A DNA stretch of 64,000 nt from Kaistia sp. GTDB lineage: Bacteria > Pseudomonadota > Alphaproteobacteria > Rhizobiales > Kaistiaceae. The position numbers and the translations under genes were made by a program. Positions 62,830 through 64,000 of the stretch are shown here, one piece after another (the stretch's first letter is position 1; every line of letters starts with the position of its first letter). The stretch is taken from the NCBI GenBank assembly GCA_035555375.1, contig DATMGR010000032.1, positions 251,292 through 315,291 of the forward strand, written 5' to 3'. Under the pieces are notes generated by a model that did not search any database, had not been told where the DNA came from, and worked only from the letters and a program-made list of their open reading frames with translations.

Positions 62830-63747
62830 GTGAGCCCCGACATCATCTGCATCGGCGAGCCGATGTTCGAGCTGAACCAGCCGAAGGGCGAGACCGTGTT
62901 TCATCCTGGTCATGGCGGCGATGCGTCGAACGCCGCCATCGCCGCCGCAAGGCAGCAGGCCTCGGTCGGGATGTTGACGGCCATCGGCAACGATAGCTTC
63001 GGACAGTCCTTCCTCGATCTCTGGATGACGGAAGGTGTCGATGCGAGTGCGGTGAAGCGCGATGCCCGCGCGCCGACCGGTCTCTATTTCGTGACGCATG
63101 GACCTGATGGCCATGAGTTCACCTATCGGCGGGCGGGCTCGGCCGCGAGCCTTCTCGAGCCCGCCGAACTGCCGCTCGACTATATCCGCGGCGCACGCAT
63201 CCTGCATGCCTCCGGCATCAGCCAGGCGATCTCCGCGGCAGCAGCCGACGCGGTTTTCCTGGCGATGCATACGATTCGCGCGGCGGGAGGCCTTGTTTCC
63301 TATGATACCAATCTGCGAAGCCGTCTATGGCCGATCGACCGCGCCCGCGCGGTGATCCACGCGGCCGCCAGCCTCGCCCATATCGTCAAGACAAGCATCG
63401 AGGATGCGACGGCGCTGACCGGGCTCACGGACCCCGGCAAGGTCGCCGATTTCTATCTCGGCCACGGCGCGCGGATCGCTATCGTCACGCAGGGAGGCGC
63501 CGGCGCACTGGTCGCGACGGCCGAGCGGCGGCAGCAGATCGAGCCGATGACCGTCCGACCGCTCGACGCGACAGGCGCCGGCGATACGTTCGACGGCGCC
63601 TTTCTCGCTGAATATCTCGCTCATGGCGATCCGTTCGCGGCCGCGGTCTATGCCAATGCGGCGGCCGGTCTTGCGACCGAAGGCTACGGCGCCGTGGCGC
63701 CGATGCCTCGGCGCGCCGCTGTCGAGGCGGCGCTCGCGGCGCGCTGA
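62830..63747 (+). CDS. PfkB family sugar kinase (2-keto-3-deoxygluconate kinase-like)
   Basis: IGEPMFE, GGDASN, YDTNLR, DATGAGDTFDGAF; GTG start with SD GAGGAG. Confidence 0.88.
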   Translation: MSPDIICIGEPMFELNQPKGETVFHPGHGGDASNAAIAAARQQASVGMLTAIGNDSFGQSFLDLWMTEGVDASAVKRDARAPTGLYFVTHGPDGHEFTYRRAGSAASLLEPAELPLDYIRGARILHASGISQAISAAAADAVFLAMHTIRAAGGLVSYDTNLRSRLWPIDRARAVIHAAASLAHIVKTSIEDATALTGLTDPGKVADFYLGHGARIAIVTQGGAGALVATAERRQQIEPMTVRPLDATGAGDTFDGAFLAEYLAHGDPFAAAVYANAAAGLATEGYGAVAPMPRRAAVEAALAAR

Positions 63748-63771
63748 GAACCAGCGCGCCGACGCCTTGAA

Positions 63772-64000
63772 CTAGCTGCCGCTCATTGCTGCGAGCAGCT
63801 GGCTCTCATTGTTCTGGAACATCTTCACATAGGTCGGAGCGACGCCGTCCTTCGGCGAAAGCGCGTCGGAGAACAGCTCCCCGCCAACCTTGACGCCGCT
63901 TTCGCGGGCGATCTGGTCGATCAGGCGCGGGTCGGTGATGTTCTCGACGAAGATCGCCTGGATATGCTCGTCCTTCACCTGCCGAACGATCTTGGCGACA
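63772..64000 (-). CDS. C-terminal part of a metal (Zn/Mn) ABC substrate-binding protein; start lies beyond the right edge
   Basis: AIFVENITDPRLIDQIARESG...LFSDALS...TYVKMFQNN. Confidence 0.85.
   Translation of the reverse strand, partial: VAKIVRQVKDEHIQAIFVENITDPRLIDQIARESGVKVGGELFSDALSPKDGVAPTYVKMFQNNESQLLAAMSGS

Overview
GC-rich chromosomal window of an alphaproteobacterium, most consistent with Hyphomicrobiales/Rhizobiales; the genus cannot be fixed from the sequence alone. The left half is mostly core genome: trmL-hemF-apt-GST, the lgt-midA-pgeF-lipoprotein-prs-rplY-pth-ychF block, two paralogous ABC exporters, petABC, cca-nudL-DUF1285 and a MoxR/DUF58/BatA-DUF4159/membrane-protein operon. 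The right half is accessory metabolism: ArsR-MFS, an orphan OppA, two tandem glycine-zipper lipoproteins, an atypical L-rhamnose-type locus (rhaI, rhaD, rhaR, an lsr-ordered ABC importer, an extra stand-alone class II aldolase, two tandem RhaK-like kinases, no mutarotase), and a complete gamma-glutamylation operon resembling the ethanolamine-to-glycine route. No rRNA, tRNA, CRISPR array, transposase or prophage gene was seen; one REP-like palindromic element is present. The most interesting signals missed by the ORF track are (i) a 32-codon leader ORF with CGA-CGA-CGA followed by a hairpin that hides the ribosome-binding site of a GNAT acetyltransferase, (ii) a 22-codon uORF with a perfect Shine-Dalgarno (SD) and mutually exclusive RNA pairings upstream of an ABC exporter, (iii) an apparent second kinase/aldolase branch in the rha locus, and (iv) a structured rplY leader. 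Family calls come from reading motifs by eye; no database search was run.
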